Positions 18,593 to 31,210 of a stretch of DNA of 64,000 nt are shown piece by piece. The DNA lies in contig NIVC01003749.1 in NCBI GenBank assembly GCA_002269645.1, positions 1 to 64,000 on the forward strand. The letters run 5' to 3'. The DNA comes from Macrostomum lignano. Its lineage: Eukaryota. How positions within the stretch are numbered: the first letter of the stretch is position 1; each line of letters starts with the position of its first letter. The notes under the pieces are model-generated. The model was not told the DNA's origin, did no database searches, and saw nothing but the letters and a program-made list of their open reading frames with translations. The position numbers and the translations under genes were made by a program.

Positions 18593-21500
18593 GTGCTTTT
18601 ATATGACAGAACTTGTATGGGCTTCAAGGCAATGCTGAAATTTGGCTTCCTAAGCTTCTTATTTCGCTTCCTATTCCGGCGAACTGTACTACATGTAACT
18701 ATAATAATTGACTAGCTGTAAGATCAGCTTCTGTTGGTGTGGCTCTGCTATGTAGCTTGAGTTGAATTTGTATAATCAATCAATGCTTACTAGCTACTTT
18801 GGATTGTGAACTTACGCTCGTAGTTTGCTATCATCAGCCTGGTTGGAATTTCATAAACCACTGGTAAATCTACGCGCGTACTGCAGCTAACAGTTACAGT
18901 GAATTATATCAATCTGACCGTGTCTGTTAGCCCTGTGTGGCTCAAATAGAGTTTCCATTGAATTCTCGTGTGCTTTGCCAGTCCGATAAGAATTTACGAA
19001 TTATAGATTCGAGTATTCAACTATAGCTATAACATTTTTTATCAATAGTTAGCCGTATGCACATGACGTTTAACATTGTATGCAGGTTGAGCTACACGGA
19101 AAAGTCTGAGACCATATTTTGGTTTGTACGAATATATGCTGCATGGCGTCTTAATCGTCGTCTCAATACTTCAAAGTTTAGTTTAACGCTTTTTCTACTA
19201 ACCATGCATTCTTATCTCTACCCATGAGCTAGAAAAACTACTTGCATAAGCATGGACGCCAGGTGTCTGGAATCAGTATTTTAACAGTGATAAAAGCACC
19301 CGGATAATACATATAGGGTACGCGTTGTGAGATACGCCCTACTAGTTTATTGTGTAAGGAGTCCGGTGCGTATTTGCTTAGTGAAGGTGGCTAGGGTACA
19401 GTACTAGTAACAGTCAGTAAAGTGACAATTTACTAGTAGAAAGAATTATCTTATCATTAACTCGCGTTATACTTGAGCAACTCTGACTGTTTATTAAAAT
19501 GACATGGATCGCATTTAGACTTGCTGGTCTACGCCTAAGGCACGTCAACACTATATAGTAGGATTTCTCGAAAACAGAATCGAATTAAACAAACTAAACG
19601 TTTCACCTTTCACGTTTTCATCTACATTTACGCACAAAATTTGCAATTAAGAATTGACGTACACAGCCTTTTATCTTCAATTTTGATCAGCCAGATCCTA
19701 ATAAAAATTACTATGTGGAAATTCAATTCAGACTACGAGCATTCAGTCTGGGCCAAAGCTTACGGAAAATCAATAAAAACAAACACCAATTCACAACAGA
19801 CGAAGCCTTTATAATTTAAATATGGGCTTTTTGTCTATGGCTAAACCCTTTACATACTCTGCCTTTATCTTTCTTTGATGTACTTCGTGCTGGCACCGAA
19901 GCCGGTTCAGCCATAGACAAGAAGTCCATATTTAAATTAAAAAGGCTCGGCTTTAAATTGGCCGTCTGTTGTTATTGTACCATGACCTTTGTGCCCGCTG
20001 GGCACTTATTCTTGCCTTTTAATGCCATAGACTACATTTAAGCCCGCTTGCTTTAATGCTTTAAACTTACTTTAATGCAAATTAGCTGGCAGTCAAGTAT
20101 AAGATATTCCATGGGTTTGAGGTCGTTATGATTTAAGTGAAATACCGACCCAAAAAACACATAGAATATCTTATTTGAACTACTTTAATTTTTCGGGATG
20201 TATTCAGATAAATCCCGGAGCCATACTTGTATGTCTATGGTTGAAGTTGGGGATGGGGTGTGGGGGCGAAGCCCCTGCTGGGGGTGTGGGGACGAAGCCC
20301 CCCACATTCTTACCATAGACAAAATTTCATTAAGAAATTTCTCGAGTCACGAAGGAAGAGAAGAGAGAAGCTCGCTTATTTCGATACATACAATAATCCT
20401 TGCAATATGTCCGGGAAAGTGATCGATTGAATCCCGCAAAATAAAATCTGTCAATAACCTCCCTGAAAGTGAGCTTTAAAGTGGCTGATTGGTGAAAAAG
20501 GCAGGCAAGGTCAGTACTTCATCCTACGCTTGCTCAAAGGCCGCGATGTCGTGTCGACTGTCATCATTTGGTCATAGTGATGAGGATGCACTTTTTTCAA
20601 AGTTCACGCTCGCACATGGGCTTCAAACTTGCCTACCAACAGCAGTCTATATGGGCATTTTTCTCCTTTTTATGTAATTTTCTTAGAATTCATACTAGTA
20701 GGATTTTTGTAGCTACATGTACATGCAGTATATGATTTTTCCATACTTGTAGTTATCATAACATAGGCGCGGTTTTAGCTACTTTTGGGGTCATAAATCA
20801 TTGCTTGTGATCTGGTCTGACAGCCATCTGCGCCTCACTCAGTGTTGAGGCTGGCGCCAGATGGTCTGAGCAGTCGAGCAGATGTGGGCGGTAGCTTTTT
20901 TCTCATCATTTTTGACAGGCCATCAGATTTATGAGGTCAGGGCCTATTGTTCATGTTCACTCAAGCGTGTGACAGCTTTGACAGCTATGCGTTTTACCCC
21001 TAAAAGTACTTTGGTATTAGTGATTAGCGATTTCTCTTCCCCATCTTCACTTTCTACTTAATAAGATCTTTCAATGTATATTTTTTCATTAATTTTTGTA
21101 ATTCTTACGCGAAAAGTCATAAATCATCCTGTAGCGATTTTGAGTGGTTTATGATCGACTGCACCTGGCGTATTTTTATGGCCCCGAGGGAACTGATAGG
21201 ATCTTTTGATCACGTGAGTTTGGGTGGCAACAAGCTCAGCCAATCAGAAAATTCGACGTCGGTTATAAAAAATCGGCTCAGCCAATCACCCAAGAGGACA
21301 TTCTGCTTCTCAAACTTAGCAGATCTTGTATCTGTGCCATTCTTAGCAGATCTTCTCAATCTCAATCTCAATCTTCTCAGTCAATGTCTTCTAGGGCAGC
21401 GTCGAGGTGTTCCATTTTAACAAATTGCGGTCCAGTTGGCGGCTATTTAAACCGATGTTTTTGGCCCGCTCGGACTCAACCTTCCACCGGCTCTTACCTC

Positions 21501-21959
21501 TGACAAAACCTCGCTCCTTCGGAGTCACGACCGTCGTCTCTTGATCCTCGGATTGCGACCCACCCCCTCATCTGCAAGGACGAATCGGACCCCCGGTCGA
21601 CGGCATCGATCATCGAGGTTAAGATCATCACCTGCTAGCTATCAGCAAGACTGTGACATTATCATCCCGGGTCTACAGCTGCGAAGCTAAGCCGATTCGG
21701 TCACTGTGGATTACCTGGTCTCCGGCTGTTGAGTATCTGATTGGTTGGGTGAGATCGGCTATCTAGACTTGCTTGATTGGGTGATTCCTTATCTGTCCTC
21801 CACAAATGTATTTCAGTAGCTGGATTAGGCGCACACTTTTGCTCATTTTGTTCATTAGTGCTGTTATTGAGGCAGAAATCACTTAATAATACTGTTAGTA
21901 GTCTGATACTCCAATTCAAGCTGAAGTGAGAAGTGATTAAGTGAGAGGGTTAAATCTGA

Positions 21960-22560
21960 CAGTTATTTTATCGGTTTTATTTCTTTGTTCGCCGATGGCT
22001 CAGATGAGTAGCTAAGCTAGTAGGCGCCGTCGCAGTAGTGGACCAACGGAAAGGCAGTTCTCAGTCGATCAATCTAGTAGCTACCCCATAGTCTCGCCAC
22101 TGCAAGAATCCCCTTGCACAAGTCCCCTCGATCTGTACCTGCATGGCCAATGCGATCAAGTCCCAGCAGTGTCGCTTATCATCGGCTATGACTTCGAGAT
22201 TGACAGCAAAAAGACACTATAGTTGGCAGGTAAGCGCTAAGCCCCTTCTAGTCGGAAGCCCAATTTCGAAAGCGAAAGCGGATTAGCTGGTCTCTACCTT
22301 CGAAATTCTCCCTGCTCGTCTCTCGCTGCCCATCTCTTAGCTATAGGACCTAGACTGCTCGCCACAGATCAAGCTACCATGGGGCTGACCATCTGACAGG
22401 AGTGGGGGGCCAGGACTCCAATTGATTTATTTCTGAGACCTGAGGCCCGAAGGCTTCCTCAAAAGGCCGACACCCATCACTAGCAAGTCGAATTCCGGAT
22501 GCCTAAAGCGCAGTTTACTCAGCTGTGGATTCAGCACCGAAATTCTGGCGAGCCTAGCCT
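21960..22560 (+). mobile_element. Degenerate APE-endonuclease remnant of a non-LTR retrotransposon
   Basis: Plus-strand fragments LIIGYDF (the LIIGGDFN motif) near 22175 and IDLFL (the IDLTL motif) near 22420, with many stops. Confidence 0.4.
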
Positions 22561-22816
22561 GTTCAGCAACTGTGCTGATATTTGCTGCACTAACAATCAA
22601 GCTCGATATTGAGCCAAAATTTTAGGAAGGAAATTGCACTTCTACAGAAGTTTGTAAATTGGGTTCAACAAGTTATAACTTTACAGGGATAATCTGATTT
22701 ATTTAATCCTTGCAACTGCAATTAGGCATATTACTACACAACCAAAACTGTGCTAATTAAATATAAACTGTTCTACAGGTGAACAAAAAAGCACAAACTG
22801 CCTTGCGATGGTAATC

Positions 22817-23937
22817 CTACAGTCTGCATGTAAGAATCGGTAGAATCCTGGAAATTGCCATGGAGTTATCCATTAACATCTTGTGAGTGTAGCTCAGGTG
22901 CATGAACTTGTGAACTGTGTAAGAACTGTTCGGTATTTTCTTTGTCTCAAAGTTGGTAGCATTGAGCCTTTTGCAGTGCTGCTGCTTCATCTTGGGAAGA
23001 CTCCCCAGATTCTTTGCCCGGCAAAGTTTCTTCAGCCTTTTTGGAATCCATGCCACATCCCAGAGGGCTGGAAGGCGTCTGCCTCGGCCAGCATGTTGCC
23101 GCACCAGTCCACAGGTCGGTCGCTCTGCTCCAGTGCCGTGTAATTCTTGTAGAATGTGTGCAGCATTCTGGGTCCCGTGACGTACACCGCATCGCGATGA
23201 CCTCTCTTGGTCTTGTTGGCCCAATTCTGCTCAAACCATGTCGGCCAGGTCTTCAGCACGAAGCTCAGGAAGCTGTGATTCGCTCGGCTCATCATCACCG
23301 CATTTGAAATCAGTGCCGGAAGATTGAACGTGAAAACTGCGTGCTCAGTAGGCTCCTGACTCCACACTGCTGACTCACAGTCGAAGTTCGGAGTCAGCCC
23401 CGCTCCCTGAAGCTGCGACGGTCTCAGCAGCGGTGTCGGATCTCGAAGCAGCTCCACATCCGTGTCGACGTACAGACCGCCGACGTGGTGCAGCACGACC
23501 AGACGGCCGATGTCCGATCGCTCCAGCCCGTTGACCAGCTTGCGGTAGCTTTGAACAAGGTACGGATAGTGCTTCGAGATGAGCTCGGAGATCTGCTTGT
23601 CGTCCCAATGCATGAAGTGCCAGGCCTGGATTCGGCTACCGTTACTCAGCCGTGCCCAGGAGCGCACAATGGGAATCAGCTTGGCTGGCACTCGGCCGTC
23701 TTTGCTGGTCCAGTGCACCAGCGGCGGGATGGAGTCCGGGAACTGGGAGGGCAGCTCGCCGCAAGGCAGCCCGTCGTGCAACGGTAGGGACGTCGGCGTA
23801 CGTGCAGCAACCTCCTGAGCTTTACATTTATAGGTACGAGTCGTTTGCGCAATGAAATACGCTGTTCTAACTGACACGAATGTCAGGACAATTAAAATTA
23901 GCAGACGCTTTTGCTTCCATGTTATAATGCCGAGCAT
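22817..23937 (-). CDS. GT32/DXD-family glycosyltransferase (OCH1/SUR1-like), intronless type II membrane protein, one frameshift near 23065
   Basis: IPPLVHWTSK, FMHWDD, ERSDIGRLVVLHHVGGLYVDTD (DXD), SNAVMMSRANHSF, TGPRML. One extra C at CAGCCC|TCTGG joins ORF 23032-23937 to the frame ending HKFMHLSY...TCRL* at 22817. Confidence 0.85.
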
Positions 23938-24763
23938 GTCGCATGTGACAAATTCGGCAATTGTGCTCAGTGAGAGAGCCTAATTAATCTTTTCTACTTC
24001 AGACGCAGAAGACGCCTGAGACAAATCATGCACGGGCCTTACGTAGTACACGCGGTTATGCCTGTTAAGCATCATGGCCCGTGCTGCCAGGGCAAACAGG
24101 CTGTGTTTGGGGGTTGGTCGCTCTGGGTTCTGCTTACAATCCCACGGAGTATCAGTTGGGGTGGCTGTTCGCCCGCGCTCACGCTCGCCCGGACTAACAT
24201 GCTCGTAGCATAAAGCCACTCTGTCAGTGCTGTAATCTGCAGATTGACAGTCAATACACCCATAACAAACATATACGAGATAGCTTATAACACAGAAAAT
24301 AAATTAATAACTTCATATCTTAATATTGTATTTTCATTCCATTCGTTAATATGATAAGAGCATGAAAGATATTGTAGCAAACAGCTGGACATAAAGATGA
24401 CAGCTCACAGGGAAAAACTGCACAAGATTTAGCAGTAATTTTCTACGCGATTCAACCAAAAATGAAATGAAGAACGCAATTAAATCGTTTCGAAAATTGA
24501 AGTGAATTGAAAATTAAAATTTTAAACGGTTCCCATACGGACAGAGGGGCAACAGTCACACAAAGCATAAGTAGTATAGAGCGAGTATATAAATATTGTT
24601 ACAGTTGAACATTATTACAAAAATAACTTTTTTTTCACAGATCTGATAAACTGCGCCAAGAACATACAGCAGAATATTAAAAACTGGATCGGATACAAAC
24701 ACAAAAATATTTCAATTTATACAAGTAAATTGGTAGGAGAAAACAAGTGGAGACTTTGAAAAT

Positions 24764-27700
24764 TTAATCAAACGGATAGGTTGTCGACGATACAGTCGAT
24801 GTAACGCTAGAACTACCGATTGCGCTACTTGTAGTACTATCAGTAGTAGTAGTAGTAGTAAAAGCAGTAGTTGTCGGCTGTATAGTTGTAGCCGGTACGA
24901 GACTTGTGGGCACCACTGTGTTGGAACAGTTCACAATCTGTACAGCCGAGATGGTGGCCTCCTCTTTGTGGTCCAGCATGTAGCTGGAGGTTACGGCGAA
25001 GTTGAATCGCAGGTAGACTAAATTCTCGTCCGTGGGTAGGGAGCAGAACCGGCTAGATGAATGAAGAAGCATGGGATGGGGACTGCTGCTCAATTGGCGC
25101 TCTTCATCATAAGTCAAAACTAGTCTTAAGGGTGAGATTCTCAATAAAGACAAATATCGTATCAAGTTGAGATTATTGAATCTGAGTAAGTCTCAAGGGT
25201 GAGATTCTCAATGAAGATAAACACAATCTCAAGGATGAGATTCTCAATGAAGATAAACACAATCTTAGGGGTGAGATTCTCAATGAGATTAACATAATCT
25301 CAAGGGTGAGATTCTCAATGTAGATGAACAATCTCAAGGGTGAGATTCTCAATGAAGATAAACGTAATCTCAAGGGTGAGATTCTCAATGAAGATAAACA
25401 CAATCTCAAGGATGAGATTCTCAATGAAGATAAACACAATCTCAAGGGTGATTCTCAATGAAGATAAACACAATCTCAAGGGTGATTCTCAATGAAGATA
25501 AACACAATCTCAAGGGTGATTCTCAATGAAGATAAACACAATCTCAAGGGTGATTCTCAATGAAGATAAACACAATCTCAAGGGTGATTCTCAATGAAGA
25601 TAAACACAATCCCAAGGGTGATTCTCAATGAAGATAAACACAATCTCAAGGGTGATTCTCAATGAAGATAAACACAATCTTAAGGGTGATTCTCAATGAA
25701 GATAAACACAATCTCAAAGGTGATTCTCAATGAAGATAAACGTAATCTCAAGGGTGAGATTCTCAATGAAGATAAATACAATCTCAAGGATGAGATTCTC
25801 AATGAAGATAAACACAATCTCAAGGATGAGATTCTCAATGAAGATAAACACAATCTCAAGGGTGAGATTCTCAATGAAGATAAACACAATCTCAAGGATG
25901 AGATTCTCAATGAAGATAAACACAATCTCAAGGATGAGATTCTCAATGAAAATTAACATAATCTCAAGGGTGATACTCAATGACGATAAACACAATCTCA
26001 AGGATGAGATTCTCAATGAAGATAAACACAATCTCAAGGATGAGATTCTCAATGAAAATTAACATAATCTCAAGGGTGATACTCAATGACGATAAACACA
26101 ATCTCAAGGATGAGATTCTCAATGAAGATAAACACAATCTCAAGGGTGATACTCAATGAAGATAAACACAATCTCAAGGATGAGATTCTCAATGAAGATA
26201 AACACAATCTCAAGGGTGATTCTCAATGAAGATAAACACAATCTCAAGGGTGATTCTCAATGAAGATAAACACAATCTCAAGGGTAGATTGAAGATAAAG
26301 ATGAAGATAAACACAAGACTCACACAAGAGACTCGGTGCTGCCAGTGTCAACCCTACAGACCAGCCGAGACGAAAGCAGATGCAACGATCTTGGCCCAAC
26401 GCTGGTTGTCAGAGTGTCATTGGCGGTCTCGCACAAGCTGGTGTCCCCGTAGACAATGGACATTTCAATTTTGGTAACCGTGATAGAAAAATAATTATCG
26501 TTAGTTAAATTAACATAATTTTGTATGTCCATTGTCATTACTCGGTCTCTGTGGCTAAAGTACACAGCATACGGTTGTAGCAGAGGCTTAGTGGAAGTTA
26601 GAACAATTGATCTCGGCAATAGAAAGAACAATGAGCAGAAGGTGCCAATGAGCAGCAGCAGGCAGATGCTCACAGTGACACCAATCCATAGTACAGTGCG
26701 TCTCGGTTTCAGCCGCTTGTCAGACAGTGGGATCAGGGCAACGTACTCGCGTTCTGAGTCTGGGTTGAGTATAGTACAAGTAAACAAAACTTTTAAATGA
26801 CCATATCAAGTATGTAAAATGCAAAAACATGTAAAAAACATGCAAATAAAAAGATTATCTGGCTCATTCCATATAAGATAGACATATTTGGAAAATAGAA
26901 AAAAGTCAATATTTTTGCTTGCCATTGCCTAATTAGCCTATTTTTTTACCAAATGTTTATATTGTGCAATATATACAATCTAAGAATAAAGGAATGGTAA
27001 AATGTTGGATTAGTATGTTATCAATTGGCAAAAAGTCATTTTTGTAAAAATTTGGACATTTTTCGAAGCAAAAGACATCATTAAGATTTTGTACCCTTTA
27101 AAAACAAATAGAAAGCTTTTGAAGGTTGAAACAAACTATAGATAAAAGTATAGTACTTGCATCATCAGATAAAAGCATTGGTGACCAAATAATCTATTAT
27201 ATTTTTAATGTATTAGTGCCTCAAAGTTACTGAATTGACAGAAAAAAATGTGTTACGACCATAATGTTACGACCATAAGGCTGCCTTTTCTTTTGTATCT
27301 TTGTTGCCTTTTGAGTTTATATATTCTAATAAAAGAGTATGATTTCTAAAGATGTTCTTAGTCAAATTTTAAAAATGTATTGCAAAATATCAAAAATGAA
27401 AAATGTTATAAGACTTTTACCTTTTAGTTTCTATATGTCAAAAATCCTGTCGTTACGACCATAAGTGTCATTTAAGGTTTAATAGCATCTATACTAATGA
27501 TGATATCTATATGAAACTCTATAAATATATTCTAGACAAAATAATCTTTCATTTAAAATATTGGTTTAGTATATTCTATGATTAGATTTCATTTTATAAG
27601 TAAAAATAACCTGTCATGTTACGACCATGCTTATATGGAATGAGCCATCTGATTCTTTAAAATTAACTTATTGTTTATAATTTCTGATCAGGTTTTTTAT

Positions 27701-29122
27701 ATCTAGACTACTTATATAGTAAGTAGTTTTGAGGATTGTAAGAGTATTTTATAGTTATAAAATAAGATATAAGTGAAGAATTTACTAGCATTAGAAATTG
27801 AAAAGTTGATTCTTACCTGTTAGTGATTTTAAGTATATTGAATATGCCTTCTAAGACTGAGACTGATTGACTTAACATTTTTTAATTACTAGATGGGAAA
27901 TCCTTGATTTTTCTTCCCATTCTATTTAGCTTGTATCTACATAAAATTATTACTCTTTTTAGTATAAAATTTTCTTTATTTCTCCTTTAATTTTTTATGT
28001 AATCAATTAGTGGAAATGCAAACTAAAGATTTGGGATTAGCATAAAGGTTAAATAATGCTAGACAGTTTTTAAATAAAAAATAGGACTCAACAGGCTATA
28101 ACTTAAGTATAGTTATCAAATAATAATATAGTAGATATATTTATTAGGTATACAAAGCACCCACAATAAAAAGAGGATTCTGAACTTAAGAGTCAAAATG
28201 GAGCCTAAAAGATTTGGTCCCAATTTCTCTATGCCATTTACTATTCATTTACTAAATCCATTTACTATTGGAAAATATTGATTGACACAATATTTGACCG
28301 TCTTTATGGACACTACCGGCGACGTTTGAGCTACCTACGTACATGTATCAAATCATGTTGCATTTAAAGCCCATTGTTCATAGACAACTGCCGTGCCCCT
28401 AGGCATATGAGTGGTAGATTACTAGGAACATGGCCACCGTGTCCCTATACACAGAGCTAGGGACACGGCAGCCGTGCCGCAAGTCCACACAGCTAAAGAC
28501 ACAGCCGCCGTGGCTCTAGGCATAGAGTAGCATGGTAGCTAGGGACACGGCGGCCATGTCCTTAGACATAGAGTTAGAGGCACGGCCACCATGTCCCTAG
28601 TCATGGCATTTTTAAAACCTCTCTTCTTTTCTTTTCATATCTCATCTGTTCTTTCCTCTCTTTTCTCTTCTTTTTTCTTATCTTTCTTTTTTATCTTATC
28701 TTTATTCTTTTTTTACTCTTTTCTCTTGTTTCTGTTCTGTAAGGTTTATTTATTGTAAAATTAACAAAACGGCAAGCCATGTTAAGTACTGTCATGTCAT
28801 ATTATACTAGCCCTAGACTAGCCTTGCTTAGTCTAGGACTAAGATTTAGAAAGAATAATATCTAGCTAGATAAAACTTATACAATAATTAAATAAATTCT
28901 AAATAAATGAATCTAATATAAAAAGCAAATAAATTCAGTAATTTAAATTCAGGATATATAGCAATAAGTTTCTTATAACCAGAGAAAAGCATAAAATTTA
29001 CCTCGAGGTACTTTTCCAGTTCCATTGCATGTTGGACAGTTTACTCCAGTAACTAGCTCCTCATATTGGGGCATACCATGGGCATGATTGACAGAATCAT
29101 TCTCTAAGCTGGAGGATTGCAT
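24764..29122 (-). CDS. TMEM106: TMEM106 family protein, 3 exons, 281 aa
   Basis: Exons 29122-29002, 26759-26324 and 25052-24764 with GT-AG sites and consistent phases (846 nt). Motifs CPTCNGTGKVPR, VALIPLSDKRLKPRRT, TM helix, FFLLPRS, NDNYFSITV. Confidence 0.92.
25170..26310 (+). repeat. 34/36-bp minisatellite in TMEM106 intron 2
   Basis: CTCAATGAAGATAAACACAATCTCAAGG(G/A)TGA(GA)TT tandem units. Confidence 0.93.
26861..27646. mobile_element. 786-bp non-autonomous DNA transposon (MITE) with 17-bp TIRs and a 4-bp TSD; Sola-like by TSD length
   Basis: TIR GGCTCATTCCATATAAG at 26861-26877 and its reverse complement at 27630-27646; ATCT on both flanks; internal GTTACGACCAT occurs four times. Confidence 0.8.
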
Positions 29123-31210
29123 TTTCGAAAGTTTGGTTATATCAAATTATATCAAGTATATCTACTAAGAAATAATCCCTTACACTACTAGTTACGTAGC
29201 GTTTTCTTTCTATATAAAAGTTTATAGAAGTGGCTCTTAGCCTATACCGAAAAAATACAATAACTGACTTCGACTAGCCAGTAGAAACTGTTAACCGGTA
29301 AGTTTATTGCTTCAAAAGTATTTTAGATATCAATATTTTTTAAACCTCAGTTACTTAAACCTCGTCTTAAATTTTTATTTGGATCTATAAACCATCATTT
29401 TGGTGGGTTACTAACTGAACTGAACAAAAAATCATGTCAGCTTTCGAAGAAAACCTATACTTTTGAAATTTTAATATAGTTATAAAGTTTAACAAATATA
29501 AACTATAAATTTGCGTTAATAACTTGCGCAAAACATCAACATTTACTATAAGTAGAGAGAACTAAAGGTATTTTTTTTCCTTTTTTTCTCTAAAAGAATT
29601 TTTTAATATTTGAAACTTCTAGCCACCTTTCGTAATTCCTTTGCCTGTACAGAAAATAATTATGTTAATTTATAGTAAACTTGTACTAAACCTTCACCAA
29701 CTTACCGAATCGTATGCAGTCAAAATTTAATTCGAGAAATTTCTGCGATAAGTATATTTCAAATATAGTAAATCGATGAATTCCCGCGTGTAATTTGTAG
29801 AACATTCTTTCTTACGGCAAAAGCTAACATGATAATGCACTCGCAATTCCCTATCTTGCGAGCTTTAGTCAACAAACCTAAGAACCTTCCCACCTCGTTT
29901 TTTTTGTTTGCTCCCTACAAATTTAGTCGATATCCTATTCGGGATGATTGTTACCGGTATACGCTCGTTCTCGTGAAAACCTAAAAATGATTTTTACATA
30001 GAGGGGCTAATGGGGACAATTGTGTAGTTGCGCTTTATTTAGGAATAAATTTTCCAATAATGAAGCTATTGTTACAATCCTACTTAATCCTTATTGAGTA
30101 GTCCTTTCATTACATATGATTCCCAATTGTACCACTACCATCACAATCAAAACTTCAAACCCGAACGTAGGCCTTGAAATAAAAATTAAAAACAGTAATG
30201 CGCCTTTTACAGAAACATTTTATCGATAGTTTTGCAATAAAGGTATGTAATTGCACTTGAAAAGCACACTCTTATATAAATCAAGTTTATATTAAAAAGC
30301 CTAAAGTTAGAGATTAAAAAATAGACGATTTTTGTTATATAGAAATCAAAAAGTATTTAGTTGAAAAAAATCTGCTAGAAGAGATTTTGGCGCAATGGCG
30401 AGCCAAATATTTTTCTTAGTTTAAGTCTGTAGTTTCCTCTGATAATTCATTGAATTCAACTTACAGTACGAATTGGTGCCGTTAAAATATGATGAAGCTG
30501 TCGAAAAATAGCTATAGGGTTTTAATAAAAAATATATACTCAAAATATACTTGTTTAAGGACATATAGGATTGTGTAAGACAAGGACGAAGGACTATGCA
30601 TGGACTTCTATGCATGGCATGCTAAGTATAGAAGTCCATGGACTATGTCTACTAACAATATAGCTATAGTCTATCAAGCGCTCCTATTTTAGCATATTGT
30701 CTATGGTATTGTGTTGCATTTCACACACCCCCGCTTGCACTGGTGCATGTGTCTATGGTATTGTGTTGCATGTCACATATCCCCAATGTAATTTTAAAAC
30801 CAAAAGTTTACGAAAATCGATTATTGTCAAAAATGTGCGACATAAAAAGTAAAAAAATTGGTTGTGCACATCAGCAAAAATCAGTTCAAAAACAGGAAAA
30901 ATCAACTCAACAAGCTAGAGAACGATCGACCAGCGGTGAATACGATTGTACAATATTATAACAAAACTGGTCATGTAAACGAAATAAATAGTATAGGTAC
31001 ACAGAAGAATAAATAGAGATAGAGCTTCATAACTTTGTTCCTTATATATAGGTTAGAAAAGGAAAAATACAATAAAAAACTGAGATTACAAACTTCTGTC
31101 CAAGAAGTTGTCCGTAAAATGTTCTTTAATTTCCTTTTTTTCCTCCGAGTCTCTCTATTCGGACGGTTTTATAAACTATAGGAATTCCATCAAGTGACGT
31201 CATGGGTAGG

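Noticed and set aside
20824-20866. Imperfect hairpin as a pre-miRNA
   Set aside because: Short and bulged, with no supporting context.
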